From Candidatus Bathyarchaeota archaeon (GTDB lineage Archaea; Thermoproteota; Bathyarchaeia; Bathyarchaeales; Bathyarchaeaceae), in NCBI GenBank assembly GCA_029882515.1, contig JAOUKN010000003.1, forward strand, positions 1-46,382: DNA of 46,382 nt, in the 5' to 3' direction. Below the pieces are notes generated by a model. That model was given only the letters and a program-made list of their open reading frames with translations. It ran no database searches and was not told the DNA's origin. This document shows, piece by piece, positions 26,823-36,378 of the stretch. The translations under genes were made by a program, and so were the position numbers. The first letter of the stretch is position 1; each line of letters starts with the position of its first letter.

Positions 26823-27815
26823 ATGGAAGAAAGCGTTGTAGAAATTCACGATCTGAAAAAATATTTTCCTATAAAGTTAGGTTTCCTCAAGAGTTTAACA
26901 ATTAAGTTAGTTCCAGAGATCCGTGCTGTTGACGGCGTAAGCTTCAAAATAGCCCCTCGGGAAGTTTTTGGTCTCGCTGGAGAAAGTGGCTGCGGAAAAA
27001 CAACTACCGGGAGATGCATACTCAGGCTAATTGAACCCACAAACGGTAAAATCTTGTTTAAAGGGACAGATTTAACGGCTCTTGCTTCAGACAGAATGAC
27101 CAAACTCCGAAGGAAAATGCAGATTATATTTCAGGACCCCTACGAATCTTTGAACCCACGAATGAGCGTATATGACATCATAGCAGAGCCGTTAACTATC
27201 CAAGGAATCGCGACAAGTGCAGATCAAATCACAAAGCTGGTAAGTACTGCTTTGGAGGAATTGGATCTCAATCCACCAGAGGAATTCATGTACAGATTTC
27301 CCCACGAGCTCAGCGGTGGTCAAAGGCAAAGAGTGGCCATAGCAAGAGCCTTCGTACTTAAGCCCGAGTTCATTGTTGCCGACGAACCCGTATCTATGCT
27401 TGACGCTTCCATTAGATCCGAAGTTCTAAATCTCATATTAGGCCTGATAGAGGAAACCCAGTGCGCATTTCTTTACATCACGCACGACATCGCACTGACA
27501 CGGCACATTTGTAATCGCATTGCAATCATGTATCTAGGAACAATCACGGAGAAAGGACCAACTGAGAAGATGATTCAGAACCCTTTACACCCATATACTG
27601 AAGCGTTAATTGCTGCAGTACCAGTCCCTGATCCAACAGCCCGTAGAACTGAAATTGTAATTAAAGGTGAGGTTCCCAGCCCTATCAACCCACCCCCAGG
27701 ATGCAGATTTCATCCAAGATGTCCATATGCAAAACAAAAATGCCAAGAAGAAGAACCACAACTGGTAAATGCCACAAAAGACAGATATGTCGCATGTCAC
27801 TTCCCACTTGGATAG
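26823..27815 (+). CDS. dppF: Oligopeptide ABC ATPase (DppF)
   Basis: GESGCGKT, LSGGQRQR, DEPVSMLD, HPYT and PSPINPPPGCRFHPRC. Confidence 0.93.
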   Translation: MEESVVEIHDLKKYFPIKLGFLKSLTIKLVPEIRAVDGVSFKIAPREVFGLAGESGCGKTTTGRCILRLIEPTNGKILFKGTDLTALASDRMTKLRRKMQIIFQDPYESLNPRMSVYDIIAEPLTIQGIATSADQITKLVSTALEELDLNPPEEFMYRFPHELSGGQRQRVAIARAFVLKPEFIVADEPVSMLDASIRSEVLNLILGLIEETQCAFLYITHDIALTRHICNRIAIMYLGTITEKGPTEKMIQNPLHPYTEALIAAVPVPDPTARRTEIVIKGEVPSPINPPPGCRFHPRCPYAKQKCQEEEPQLVNATKDRYVACHFPLG

Positions 27816-27876
27816 AGCTCAAAGCCTACACGTTAATTTCTCACAAAAGTAGACTATTCACAGCTTTGCGAACGTC

Positions 27877-28335
27877 CTAACTCTTGCTAGGTTTATAAAC
27901 AATATAAAGAAAAACTTCCGATAGACTCAGACTTGTTACAAAGCCGTTTACACACATAAACCAGATCGCAGGATCTACAAAACCAAGCGAAATCACCGAT
28001 AGAACTACGATAAGAACAAAGCCGATGACCTGTGCCAATACTCTCCACTTTGGAGGTACTCTCCGAATCGGCTCTACCCTCTTGTTACCCAGATTCTTCC
28101 CGGATTCCGGTCGCCTCTTCAACAGATAACGAAGTTTCAGTTTATACATAACAAACGTCAGCACCATTGCGATACCAAAGTAAGATACTAATAGAATTGG
28201 GTAAACATACAAAATAAGCAAAGACGTTACTGCTGACAGAATACTTATCGCAGTGCACCAATACACTGCAACTTTGCTAAAGGGGTATTCAACACGCTTA
28301 CGAGTCAAAATACACTCACCGACCAGATGACACAC
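27877..28335 (-). CDS. Hypothetical membrane protein (about 4 TM)
   Basis: Four hydrophobic stretches with a basic loop; the start codon is uncertain. Confidence 0.6.
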   Translation of the reverse strand: MCHLVGECILTRKRVEYPFSKVAVYWCTAISILSAVTSLLILYVYPILLVSYFGIAMVLTFVMYKLKLRYLLKRRPESGKNLGNKRVEPIRRVPPKWRVLAQVIGFVLIVVLSVISLGFVDPAIWFMCVNGFVTSLSLSEVFLYIVYKPSKS

Positions 28336-28376
28336 GATTGACTTCGAGACTTCCGTGAATTACGTCCATGACGAAA

Positions 28377-28865
28377 CTACGTATCGAAAGTGACCACCTC
28401 AAACAACCTGAGAGTAACTTCACTGGGAAGAGGTGTATCCAAACCTATGGTAACAGACAAGTACAAACTATACGTTCGTCCTTTAGCCACTTCAAGGCCA
28501 TCCGCAGAGATCGCGAAAGTGCCATTCGAGAACGGATGTACCTCGACGGGAATTGCGTGTGGTGGTAACCAATAACCATTGCCTTTCCCGATAACTTTGC
28601 TATTTGTTGCGTTGTATAATTTCTCATTAGCCCATGTAACATAAAAAGCGAATTCAGAAGGGTTATGTATTCGCAGGTTCGTTCTTACGGATATTTTAGT
28701 GTCCGACGTTTGAAACACCTCTAAATCCGAAAGCGAAACCTCCATCGTCCGCGTGGCTGAAGCCACTCCAAAATAGACGTACAATGTGTAGCATGACACA
28801 AGCGCCAATACTGCGGTAGCCGTCACAAAAAGCATTAAAATATTTTTCTGAGCGCTAATAGACAC
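28377..28865 (-). CDS. Membrane-anchored protein with LEA_2/WHy-like beta domain
   Basis: N-terminal TM helix followed by the pattern NLRIHNPSEF...P.EVHPFSN. Confidence 0.55.
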   Translation of the reverse strand: MSISAQKNILMLFVTATAVLALVSCYTLYVYFGVASATRTMEVSLSDLEVFQTSDTKISVRTNLRIHNPSEFAFYVTWANEKLYNATNSKVIGKGNGYWLPPHAIPVEVHPFSNGTFAISADGLEVAKGRTYSLYLSVTIGLDTPLPSEVTLRLFEVVTFDT

Positions 28866-28945
28866 GTGCTCACCAACAACCTTATAGTTTTCATCTGTAT
28901 TTTATAAGTTTGTCACATAAATATTGCTGGTCTCAAGGGATAAAC

Positions 28946-29341
28946 ATGTATATTAATCGTTTCCAGATCTTCTTAACACTTGCTTCGATTATAAACTTTC
29001 TCTGTGCTTATTTGTTGTTTTTCGTTTGGGAACAACAGTACGGCTACTTTATCGTCATAGTTTTGGCAAGTTTTATGATAGGAATCGTCATAGGAGACCT
29101 AAGAGAAGCTATCCCCTATACGTTTGTAGCATGGATTACAGGTTCGTTTATATCTGTCGGAATCCTCCTGATACCCGCAGTAGTTTATGGCGCAGAAAGT
29201 TTCCTGCTAGATGCATTCATCCTATCCTACCTCACATATCTGGCAAGATTGGCGTTCTTCGTCTTTCCTCTTAGTTTTGGTGTGACAGCACTTGGGTGTT
29301 ATTTTAGCCGTGGTCGCACGGGTATCATAAAAACGTCTTAA
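28946..29341 (+). CDS. Hypothetical membrane protein (about 4 TM)
   Basis: The ATG at 28946 is preferred over the TTG at 28910. Hydrophobic helices; convergent with lig, with a 4-nt stop overlap. Confidence 0.6.
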   Translation: MYINRFQIFLTLASIINFLCAYLLFFVWEQQYGYFIVIVLASFMIGIVIGDLREAIPYTFVAWITGSFISVGILLIPAVVYGAESFLLDAFILSYLTYLARLAFFVFPLSFGVTALGCYFSRGRTGIIKTS

Positions 29342-31098
29342 GTAACCTGTGTTTTAGGCTGATTCTTATACAGTTGAATTATTTCATTTACTGTTGTTGC
29401 GTTTTCCGCCGCTTTGTCTGGCCGATAGTTTCCAGTAAAACGCGGAAATCGTATAGCAAGGCCACTTCCTTTTCTTACGGCATCTAGAGCACACGTGTGG
29501 ATCGGGCTTAACGTTATTTCTGCACCTATGGTTTCGACAACAACTCTGGGTTCAAACCACACATCGGCTTCAATGGTTGATAGAACTCTAGGATGCCTAT
29601 GGGGTATTTGATGCTTTTTCATCATTCCTGGAAGCTTTTCAAGATCTTCATCAGTGAACCCAGTTCCACATTTAGTCACTGTTTCAAATATGTCTTCTTT
29701 TGGATTGTATGCAGCTAAGAGTAAGGCGCCGTAAGTTCCTGCTCTTTTGCCCCTTCCATGGAAAGCGCCTACTACTACTAAGTCAACGGTGTCGGTCATT
29801 TCACTTTTGTAGTCACGTTTGTACTTTATCCATTGCCATCCCCGTGCTCCTGCTTGATAAACCGCGTCTTTATTTATTGACTTGCAGATGAGCCCTTCAC
29901 ACCCTTCTTCAACAGCCTTTTCGAAGAACCGTTCAAGTTCATCTAAGTCATCCGTGATAAGGTATTCCGCGAGCCGAACACGATCACCCTTTTCAGTTAT
30001 CTCCTCCAAATAGTTATGTCTAACAGGATATGGTTCTTGGGTTAGGTCTTTTCCGTCAACGTAAAGTGCGTCAAACATGAAGAGGGAAACTGGATTTTCT
30101 TCCATGGCCTTTTGGATGCCATATTTTCGTCTTCGGTGCATGAGTGCTTGGAAGGGTTTTATTTCGCCAGTGTCCGGATCTATGGCAACACATTCTGCTT
30201 CGATGATTGTTTCCTTTGCGTTCACATATTTTCTAACCAGCTCTCTTCCATCTGGATATTGACCAGTGATATCTTCAAGTCGCCGAGAGAAGAGAGTAAC
30301 ATGGTCATCTCGTTTGTGGGCTTGTATTCTCTCGCCATCATATTTGTATTCCGCAATACATTTTCCTCCCAGTTTCTCTAGAATCTCTTGAGGCGAGCCT
30401 AAGCGTTCGGCCAGCATGGGTCTAATAGGATTGCCGACTACAACCTGGAATTTTTTTATGCTGTTTATTCCTTCTTCTGCAACTGTTCTCGCTACGTTGC
30501 CTAAATCGGATGACACATTGTATGCCCGTTCTAGATCCTCTCTTGTTTCTTTTCCTCCACCATATGCTATAGCTAATGCATCAAGGACCGTCATGTCTGC
30601 TATTCCCAGGCGCAAACTTCCTGTCACTGTCCGGATGATATATTTCGCTTCGTTTGGTGTGGCGTTGGCTAATAGTCCAGCTAGATAATTTATTTTTTGA
30701 CCTATGGAGCCTGGACCTGACGCTTGTGCCATTTTGTCGAGATGTTCATAGACGTTTTGAACAGTAAGCGGTTGCTGGAAGAATGTTGTCTGAATTCTTT
30801 TCTTAAGGAACTGCTGGGCAGTCTCACCTAAATCTCCTGTTGTCCGTATATCGTCTTCGATTTTCTTCTCGCTTTGACCTGTTGCTTTGGAAACTGCGCG
30901 GATGGCTAGTTTTTCTGCAATACCAATTTCTATGCCGACAAAATCTGGATATAATTTACCTTGTGTTAGGTATACAACTTTATCTAGGATATCTTTGGGA
31001 GTTTTTCTGAGAAGTTCGACTAGGTAGTCGGTCATTTCAAGTCTTTTCGTTGTAGCTTCAATTTTCTCGTAGGAAACTGCAAGAAGAGAATACCTCAA
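29338..31098 (-). CDS. lig: ATP-dependent DNA ligase (archaeal type)
   Basis: EYKYDGER active-site lysine, EGCEGLICK, WIKYKRDY, DLVVVGAFHGRGKR and IRFPRF. Confidence 0.97.
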   Translation of the reverse strand: MRYSLLAVSYEKIEATTKRLEMTDYLVELLRKTPKDILDKVVYLTQGKLYPDFVGIEIGIAEKLAIRAVSKATGQSEKKIEDDIRTTGDLGETAQQFLKKRIQTTFFQQPLTVQNVYEHLDKMAQASGPGSIGQKINYLAGLLANATPNEAKYIIRTVTGSLRLGIADMTVLDALAIAYGGGKETREDLERAYNVSSDLGNVARTVAEEGINSIKKFQVVVGNPIRPMLAERLGSPQEILEKLGGKCIAEYKYDGERIQAHKRDDHVTLFSRRLEDITGQYPDGRELVRKYVNAKETIIEAECVAIDPDTGEIKPFQALMHRRRKYGIQKAMEENPVSLFMFDALYVDGKDLTQEPYPVRHNYLEEITEKGDRVRLAEYLITDDLDELERFFEKAVEEGCEGLICKSINKDAVYQAGARGWQWIKYKRDYKSEMTDTVDLVVVGAFHGRGKRAGTYGALLLAAYNPKEDIFETVTKCGTGFTDEDLEKLPGMMKKHQIPHRHPRVLSTIEADVWFEPRVVVETIGAEITLSPIHTCALDAVRKGSGLAIRFPRFTGNYRPDKAAENATTVNEIIQLYKNQPKTQVT

Positions 31099-31172
31099 CG
31101 CGACTGCTCCATACTAACAGAAGGTGAGAGGTGTATAAAAAGTTGAATATGAAAGCAGGCTTTTCAAGTGAT

Positions 31173-31490
31173 TCATTCTTTTGTGAGGAGTAGCAATCCA
31201 CAGAGGACATTTAATGCTCCAATGCAGCCTATAATGGCGCTTAATAGAATTTCAAAGCCTTGAAAAGAGAAACTCGTCTCGATAAGAAGATATAAAAAGA
31301 AGAATAAAGCCAAGGCACCGATTCCAGTCATAATCCAACTAAAATATTGTCCTATTCGAGTGGAAACCTTGGAAACAATGTGACTTTCTAGCTCAGTCGT
31401 GTCTTTGAGAAGCTCTTCTTCACGTTTTAAGAAGAAAGTGTCAACCAAAATTTCTTTTGTCTTTTTCTTCTTCTTTTTCCTGTTGGACAT
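31173..31490 (-). CDS. Small membrane protein (basic N-terminus, C-terminal two-TM hairpin)
   Basis: MSNRKKKKKK...; two TM helices ending IGALNVLCGLLL. Confidence 0.65.
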   Translation of the reverse strand: MSNRKKKKKKTKEILVDTFFLKREEELLKDTTELESHIVSKVSTRIGQYFSWIMTGIGALALFFFLYLLIETSFSFQGFEILLSAIIGCIGALNVLCGLLLLTKE

Positions 31491-31563
31491 TCCACCCACA
31501 AAGAAAGAATTGAAATTCGAGCAATTTAAGAGATTCTCTAGATAGGATAAAGCTTAGCGGTTA

Positions 31564-33039
31564 TCAACGTTCTGATTTCGCGGTGACGTTCAATACTCCT
31601 GCTAGAATGCTGATTGCGCAAATGACAATGAAGCCATAAGAAACTGTGGTTGAGAACTGTGAGGGTACACTTATCGGTAATAGATATCCAGTTGCAAGTA
31701 GATATGCAAAGAGTGCCATGAAGCCTCCGATGCCTAGGCTCATTCCTCCGAAGGCTATACGAATACGTTGGTATCCTATCATTCTTAGATGGTATGTTAA
31801 TACTCCTAAAAGGATAAAGATCAAACCAAGTAAAAGTGCGCTTCGTTCGATGAAAAAAAGCAGTGATATTGAGATGATAAACCCTGCAATGGGAATGTAT
31901 GGATATAAGGGAATCTTAAATGGTCTTTTTAGGTAAGGGCTCTTCGTCCTGAGTCTGATAAGTGCAAGGTTCACAAGGGCGAAACCAAGGATAGATGCAA
32001 ATCCAGCGACGTATCCAATGACTTCTACTACTCCAGTGGCGGCGAATAATATATAGAAGATTGAACCAAAGATGATTGTGATGTGAGGGGTCTTGAAACG
32101 GCTATGCGGTGATAGGAAAAATTTAGGCAAGTAACCATCCCTACTCAAGCCCCTAACAATACTTGATTGAACCATAATCGCTGTACTTAAAGAGGACAGT
32201 GCCGCAACTATGGCTGCGACTGTAAGGATTATGGCTCCGGCTTCTCCAAAAATCTGTTCAGCAGCTAAAGTTAAAGGTGTATATGACCCTTCAATCTTAT
32301 CTAATGGAAGAACGCTTACAGTTACATAAGCTATACCGCAATAAAGCACTATCAAAACCACGGCGGAAATCATTACCGCCCGTGGAATATTCTTTCCAGG
32401 GTCTTTTATTTCAGGACCGCCAGCTGCTATTGCTCGCATTCCTAAAAACATAGTAAAAGTGTAAGCGACAGTTGCAAAAACGCCGGATGCACCGGCAAAT
32501 GTCGATGGATAAGAGAAGCTGAATTCTAACCCATGCAAGAACCCACCAACTATTAGAAGAATGAAGAAAGCTATGAATGCAATCACTATCACAGGTCCAA
32601 TCTGTCCAACTCCTCGGACACTCAAAACAGTAATAACGATAATTATGATTGACGCAATCAAAGGCGTCAACAATGGTATGTCGACTTGAATGAAAAACAA
32701 GATGTTGTAAGCGAAACCTAAAGCTGCGAGTGCTGCACCAAATACGTTAGAAATCCATCTAAACCAGCCAGTTAGGAAGGCTAGAAAACCTCCTAGTGCT
32801 GCTTTAGCATAAGAGTATTCCCCGCCAACTTCAGGGATAGCTGCTCCAAGTTCGGAAAAACTTAGCATGGTTAGCAGATTTATGACGCCACATACGAGAA
32901 GTGCAAAAACTATTGTAGATCCAGCTAGGTACGTTGCGTAGTTGAGGAGCACAAAAATTTCGATACCTATAGCGCCACCTAGTCCTATCATTACTGCCTG
33001 AAAGAGCCCAACTTTCCTCTTTTCTTCCAACTTTTTCAT
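31564..33039 (-). CDS. APC-family amino acid permease
   Basis: GLGGAIGIEIF, ELGAAIPEVGGEYSY, EIKDPGKNIPRA, RDGYLP and RPFKIPLYP; about 12 TM plus 2 extra. Confidence 0.9.
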   Translation of the reverse strand: MKKLEEKRKVGLFQAVMIGLGGAIGIEIFVLLNYATYLAGSTIVFALLVCGVINLLTMLSFSELGAAIPEVGGEYSYAKAALGGFLAFLTGWFRWISNVFGAALAALGFAYNILFFIQVDIPLLTPLIASIIIIVITVLSVRGVGQIGPVIVIAFIAFFILLIVGGFLHGLEFSFSYPSTFAGASGVFATVAYTFTMFLGMRAIAAGGPEIKDPGKNIPRAVMISAVVLIVLYCGIAYVTVSVLPLDKIEGSYTPLTLAAEQIFGEAGAIILTVAAIVAALSSLSTAIMVQSSIVRGLSRDGYLPKFFLSPHSRFKTPHITIIFGSIFYILFAATGVVEVIGYVAGFASILGFALVNLALIRLRTKSPYLKRPFKIPLYPYIPIAGFIISISLLFFIERSALLLGLIFILLGVLTYHLRMIGYQRIRIAFGGMSLGIGGFMALFAYLLATGYLLPISVPSQFSTTVSYGFIVICAISILAGVLNVTAKSER

Positions 33040-33055
33040 AGAACCCCCATCATCG

Positions 33056-33292
33056 TCATTCTAGTAGTTCACGAATAAGAAAGAACCCACTTATTATAAA
33101 GACAAAGCCGAAAACGGAAAGGATCAGCACATAGAGTGCAACATGCTCTGCAGCAATATTTAACCAATTTAGAACATCGAAGAGATTGTAGTAAAGAACA
33201 TAGCAAAAAACAATGGTTAATACACCTATTGCTTCTTGTGTTACACCAATGAACCCTATTAGTAGTTTCCTGCCTTTCATTGAAGAAATCAC
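33056..33292 (-). CDS. Small two-TM membrane protein
   Basis: 78 aa with two hydrophobic helices; overlaps the upstream ORF by GTGA. Confidence 0.6.
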   Translation of the reverse strand: MISSMKGRKLLIGFIGVTQEAIGVLTIVFCYVLYYNLFDVLNWLNIAAEHVALYVLILSVFGFVFIISGFFLIRELLE

Positions 33293-33510
33293 CGAAGTGC
33301 AAGTATAATTCCTGCTAGCAAGTCACAGGTGCCAATTACTAACAAAGTGAGAATAAAAAACGCTCTAAACTGAGATTCCATAACCATCGTGATATCAAGG
33401 AAGTCAAAAAAAGCGAGGGTAAAGATGCCCATCATAACTATACCCATCATGATTAGCACTCCACCAAACGCTGCCGCGGCTATACCGATTTTTCGTCTGT
33501 TTCCAGTCAA
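33289..33510 (-). CDS. Small two-TM membrane protein
   Basis: 73 aa with two hydrophobic helices, in an apparent operon with nitroreductase and the permease. Confidence 0.6.
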   Translation of the reverse strand: MTGNRRKIGIAAAAFGGVLIMMGIVMMGIFTLAFFDFLDITMVMESQFRAFFILTLLVIGTCDLLAGIILALR

Positions 33511-33534
33511 TTCTTACATCAACTCTAGCGATTG

Positions 33535-34062
33535 TCACTTACTGTAGGTTTCATAATGAACAAAATCACTTACAGCTCTTTTGAATCGCATTTCGGGTTT
33601 CTCTGCCGAATGCCCAACTGGAATTATGGCAATCGGTCTCACACCCTTAGGAATGTTCAGTATTTTTCTAGCATCATCTTCACGGAATGCGCCCACCCAA
33701 CATGTTCCTAAATTCAAGGCACACGCAGTTAACAGCATGTTTTGAATGGCCGCTGCAGTATCTTGTAAACAGTACAAAGTTGTACCTCGACTACCATATC
33801 CTCGACCTGAGCGCAATTCGTTAGCGCAAACAACAATCAATACTGGAACCTCTTCTAGGAATCTCTGGTTCAAAGCAGCCACGGACAACTTGCGTTTTGT
33901 TCTAGAATCTCTAATGACAATAAATTCCCAAGGTTGCATGTTTCCGGCAGAAGGAGCATGCCTAGCAGCGTCTATTAACTTCTCAATTTCTTCTTTTGAA
34001 ACTTCTTCAGGAGTGAAAGCTCTGATGCTTCTTCTGTTCGTTATTGCCTCAAAGACATCCAA
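33535..34062 (-). CDS. Nitroreductase family protein
   Basis: RRSIRAF, APSAGNMQPWEF, NMLLTACALNLGTCWVGAF and IIPVG. Confidence 0.92.
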   Translation of the reverse strand: MDVFEAITNRRSIRAFTPEEVSKEEIEKLIDAARHAPSAGNMQPWEFIVIRDSRTKRKLSVAALNQRFLEEVPVLIVVCANELRSGRGYGSRGTTLYCLQDTAAAIQNMLLTACALNLGTCWVGAFREDDARKILNIPKGVRPIAIIPVGHSAEKPEMRFKRAVSDFVHYETYSK

Positions 34063-34298
34063 ATCTCGTCTCTCCTTTTTGCTTTGTGTTAGGTTATGTT
34101 GACTGGAAGCTCGCCACCTAAAATCCTACCTAAGTCATCTATCAAAGTCTTTCTAAGTTTCATGCTTTTCCAACTTAGATATCACATATGGTTATTTTGT
34201 AATATAATTTTATGTCACAATAGTGGAGATATCCCCCGCAGACCCTTTTTTCTCAACCAGAAACCGATCGGATTCGGAACAGTTTCCGCGCACATTGT

Positions 34299-34859
34299 TC
34301 AGACAAGAATGGTGAACAAGCTGTTGTCCAGCAGCAAGAGAATCCCCTGAACAATGCATACTAACCCAAGGATTATTGCCACAGGCCTAGAGGCTAAGAG
34401 AGTTCCAATCAGCTTCACCACGTCTTCAACAAACTTGAAGAGCATATACATAAACAATGCTGGGATAAAGAAAAGCAGTAGATAGATCCATGTCGACGAA
34501 ATCCCAAAGATAGTATCTGGTAAAGGATGCAAAAAGAATACGAACCCAACGCACAATCCACCCACTGCAAGACCTACCAAAGCAGCCCAAGGAATATCCT
34601 TCAACGGTTTCAAGAACAAAGCGAAGCCGGTAACAATTAGCAAGAATCGAGTACCAGAATCCCAAGCTTGCACCGACCAAACACTCACTGCTGTCACTAA
34701 TAAGAGGACTCCGACAAAAAATCCAAAGAGTGTCAGAGCCTTTATCAACCCACCGATAGGTTTTCCCATGACTGGTACAGGTCTCACGGATCTTTCCAGC
34801 AGCCAAGAAGCTGCGACCATTCCACCCAAGATTAGAATGAAAGGTGTGTAATCCACCAA
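34299..34859 (-). CDS. Hypothetical membrane protein (about 6 TM)
   Basis: 186-aa hydrophobic ORF. Confidence 0.7.
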   Translation of the reverse strand: MVDYTPFILILGGMVAASWLLERSVRPVPVMGKPIGGLIKALTLFGFFVGVLLLVTAVSVWSVQAWDSGTRFLLIVTGFALFLKPLKDIPWAALVGLAVGGLCVGFVFFLHPLPDTIFGISSTWIYLLLFFIPALFMYMLFKFVEDVVKLIGTLLASRPVAIILGLVCIVQGILLLLDNSLFTILV

Positions 34860-35197
34860 AAACGTAATGTTCGTACTCCCACAACCTTCACAAATTCTTT
34901 CTTTGCCCTTCTTTCTAACTCATTGCCAACATTCTGCGTGTTTGTGCACTTCACACGTTGTAAGAAGCCATCTTTTTGGCCCGAGAGATGAGGTATCCCC
35001 TTTTTTGTTATTAAAGTGTTTCCAACGCACACAAACTAGAAATGCGCACGCGGTTTGAATACGTCATCAGATATGACAGCGGCGACAAGATATTCCGCAA
35101 AAGGAAGTACCCGTTGCACCCTAAAGTCAAAAGTTGTAGTTTATAATTTTATATCAAGTCAAATTGTTGACAAGAATAAATATCAAGATCATATTTT

Positions 35198-35467
35198 TCA
35201 TTTCTTAATTGTCTTCTGATGTTTCAAACACCATTTCGTCTTAACGAGTTTGCCATTTTCGCTGAAAAATTCACACCCGCATGGCATCTTCAGTACTCGG
35301 GCATCAAGAAGTTCAGGTGATTTGTCCAATACCTTCTCGTCTTGTTTTTCCCAATACATTCGTTTCAGAGCCTTCTCTGCGCATTCAGCATTACAGTAAC
35401 TCCGTCGAGTCGAAGGAAGCTTGGCTCCACAAAATTTACAGCGTCTCTCTTTCAACACAGTCACCAC
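35198..35467 (-). CDS. Small Cys-rich zinc-finger protein
   Basis: CKFCG...YCNAEC treble-clef-like motif plus PCGC...CLKH. Confidence 0.55.
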   Translation of the reverse strand: MVTVLKERRCKFCGAKLPSTRRSYCNAECAEKALKRMYWEKQDEKVLDKSPELLDARVLKMPCGCEFFSENGKLVKTKWCLKHQKTIKK

Positions 35468-35600
35468 TTAACGAAGGATCCCAAGATTCGTCTCTAGCAA
35501 GGTAACTCCTCTTCACTCGAATCTTGTTCATATAATTTGATATATAGTTTTTATACGCTAAAACCTACTAGCGAAAATAGAAATAATTGGGAGCATTAAC

Positions 35601-36356
35601 ATGTCTGAAGAAACTCCGCTTACCCATCTTCTATATTACAAAGATGCTTACCTCAAAGAATTTGACGCCAAAATCTTGAAAATTCAAAACACAAACGAAG
35701 AATACCATATGGTGTTAGATCAAACCGCCTTCTATCCACTAGGAGGAGGCCAACCCGCAGACACTGGCATCATCAAAAAAGAAAAGAGAGAAATCAAGGT
35801 TTCAGATGCTAGGATGCTTAATGGTCGAGTAATCCACATTGCTAAAGAAGTGGTGGGAGAAATCAAGGAAGGAGACCACGTAGAAGGCGTCATTGATTGG
35901 GATCGCAGATACGCCTTGATGCTTAATCACACAGCCGCTCATTTGATGTCGGAAGCTCTCCGAAAAGTAACCGGACTTCCTATGAAGATAGTTGGCTCTG
36001 GAATTGACGCTGAAAAGGTTCGACTAGACTTAGCCTATGATGGCTCCCTAGGGCCAGCATTACCGCAAATCGAAAAAATCGCCAATGACATCATTAGGGA
36101 AAATAGGGCAGTAATTGCAAAAACAATGCCAAGAAAAATAGCTCAAAGATATGTTGAAAAGTTTCATGAAAGCTTGAAGACTCTGCCGCCTCGAGTGCAG
36201 GAAGTTCGAATTGTGGAGATCAAGGATTTACACGCTTGCGCGTGTGGAGGAACTCATCTAAGAAACACTGGAGAGATAGGAGCAATCAAGATTTTGAAAA
36301 GAAGATCCAAAGGTAAAGGTGTCGAAAGAATTGAGTTTTTGGCGCAAAAGTCTTAA
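35601..36356 (+). CDS. alaXM: Alanyl-tRNA editing protein AlaX-M
   Basis: LDQTAFYPLGGGQPADTG, HTAAH and CGGTH zinc motifs; 251 aa. Confidence 0.9.
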   Translation: MSEETPLTHLLYYKDAYLKEFDAKILKIQNTNEEYHMVLDQTAFYPLGGGQPADTGIIKKEKREIKVSDARMLNGRVIHIAKEVVGEIKEGDHVEGVIDWDRRYALMLNHTAAHLMSEALRKVTGLPMKIVGSGIDAEKVRLDLAYDGSLGPALPQIEKIANDIIRENRAVIAKTMPRKIAQRYVEKFHESLKTLPPRVQEVRIVEIKDLHACACGGTHLRNTGEIGAIKILKRRSKGKGVERIEFLAQKS

Positions 36357-36378
36357 GTCTAGATGATAACAGCTTTTA

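Noticed and set aside
34920-34922. Selenocysteine readthrough of the in-frame TGA upstream of the 186-aa ORF
   Set aside because: The TGA is not at a Cys-motif position, no SECIS-like element or convincing upstream start was seen, and the context is not a known selenoprotein.
34063-35197. tRNA gene or integration (att) site in the long intergenic stretches
   Set aside because: No cloverleaf or T-loop GTTCRA motif, direct repeats or integrase was found.
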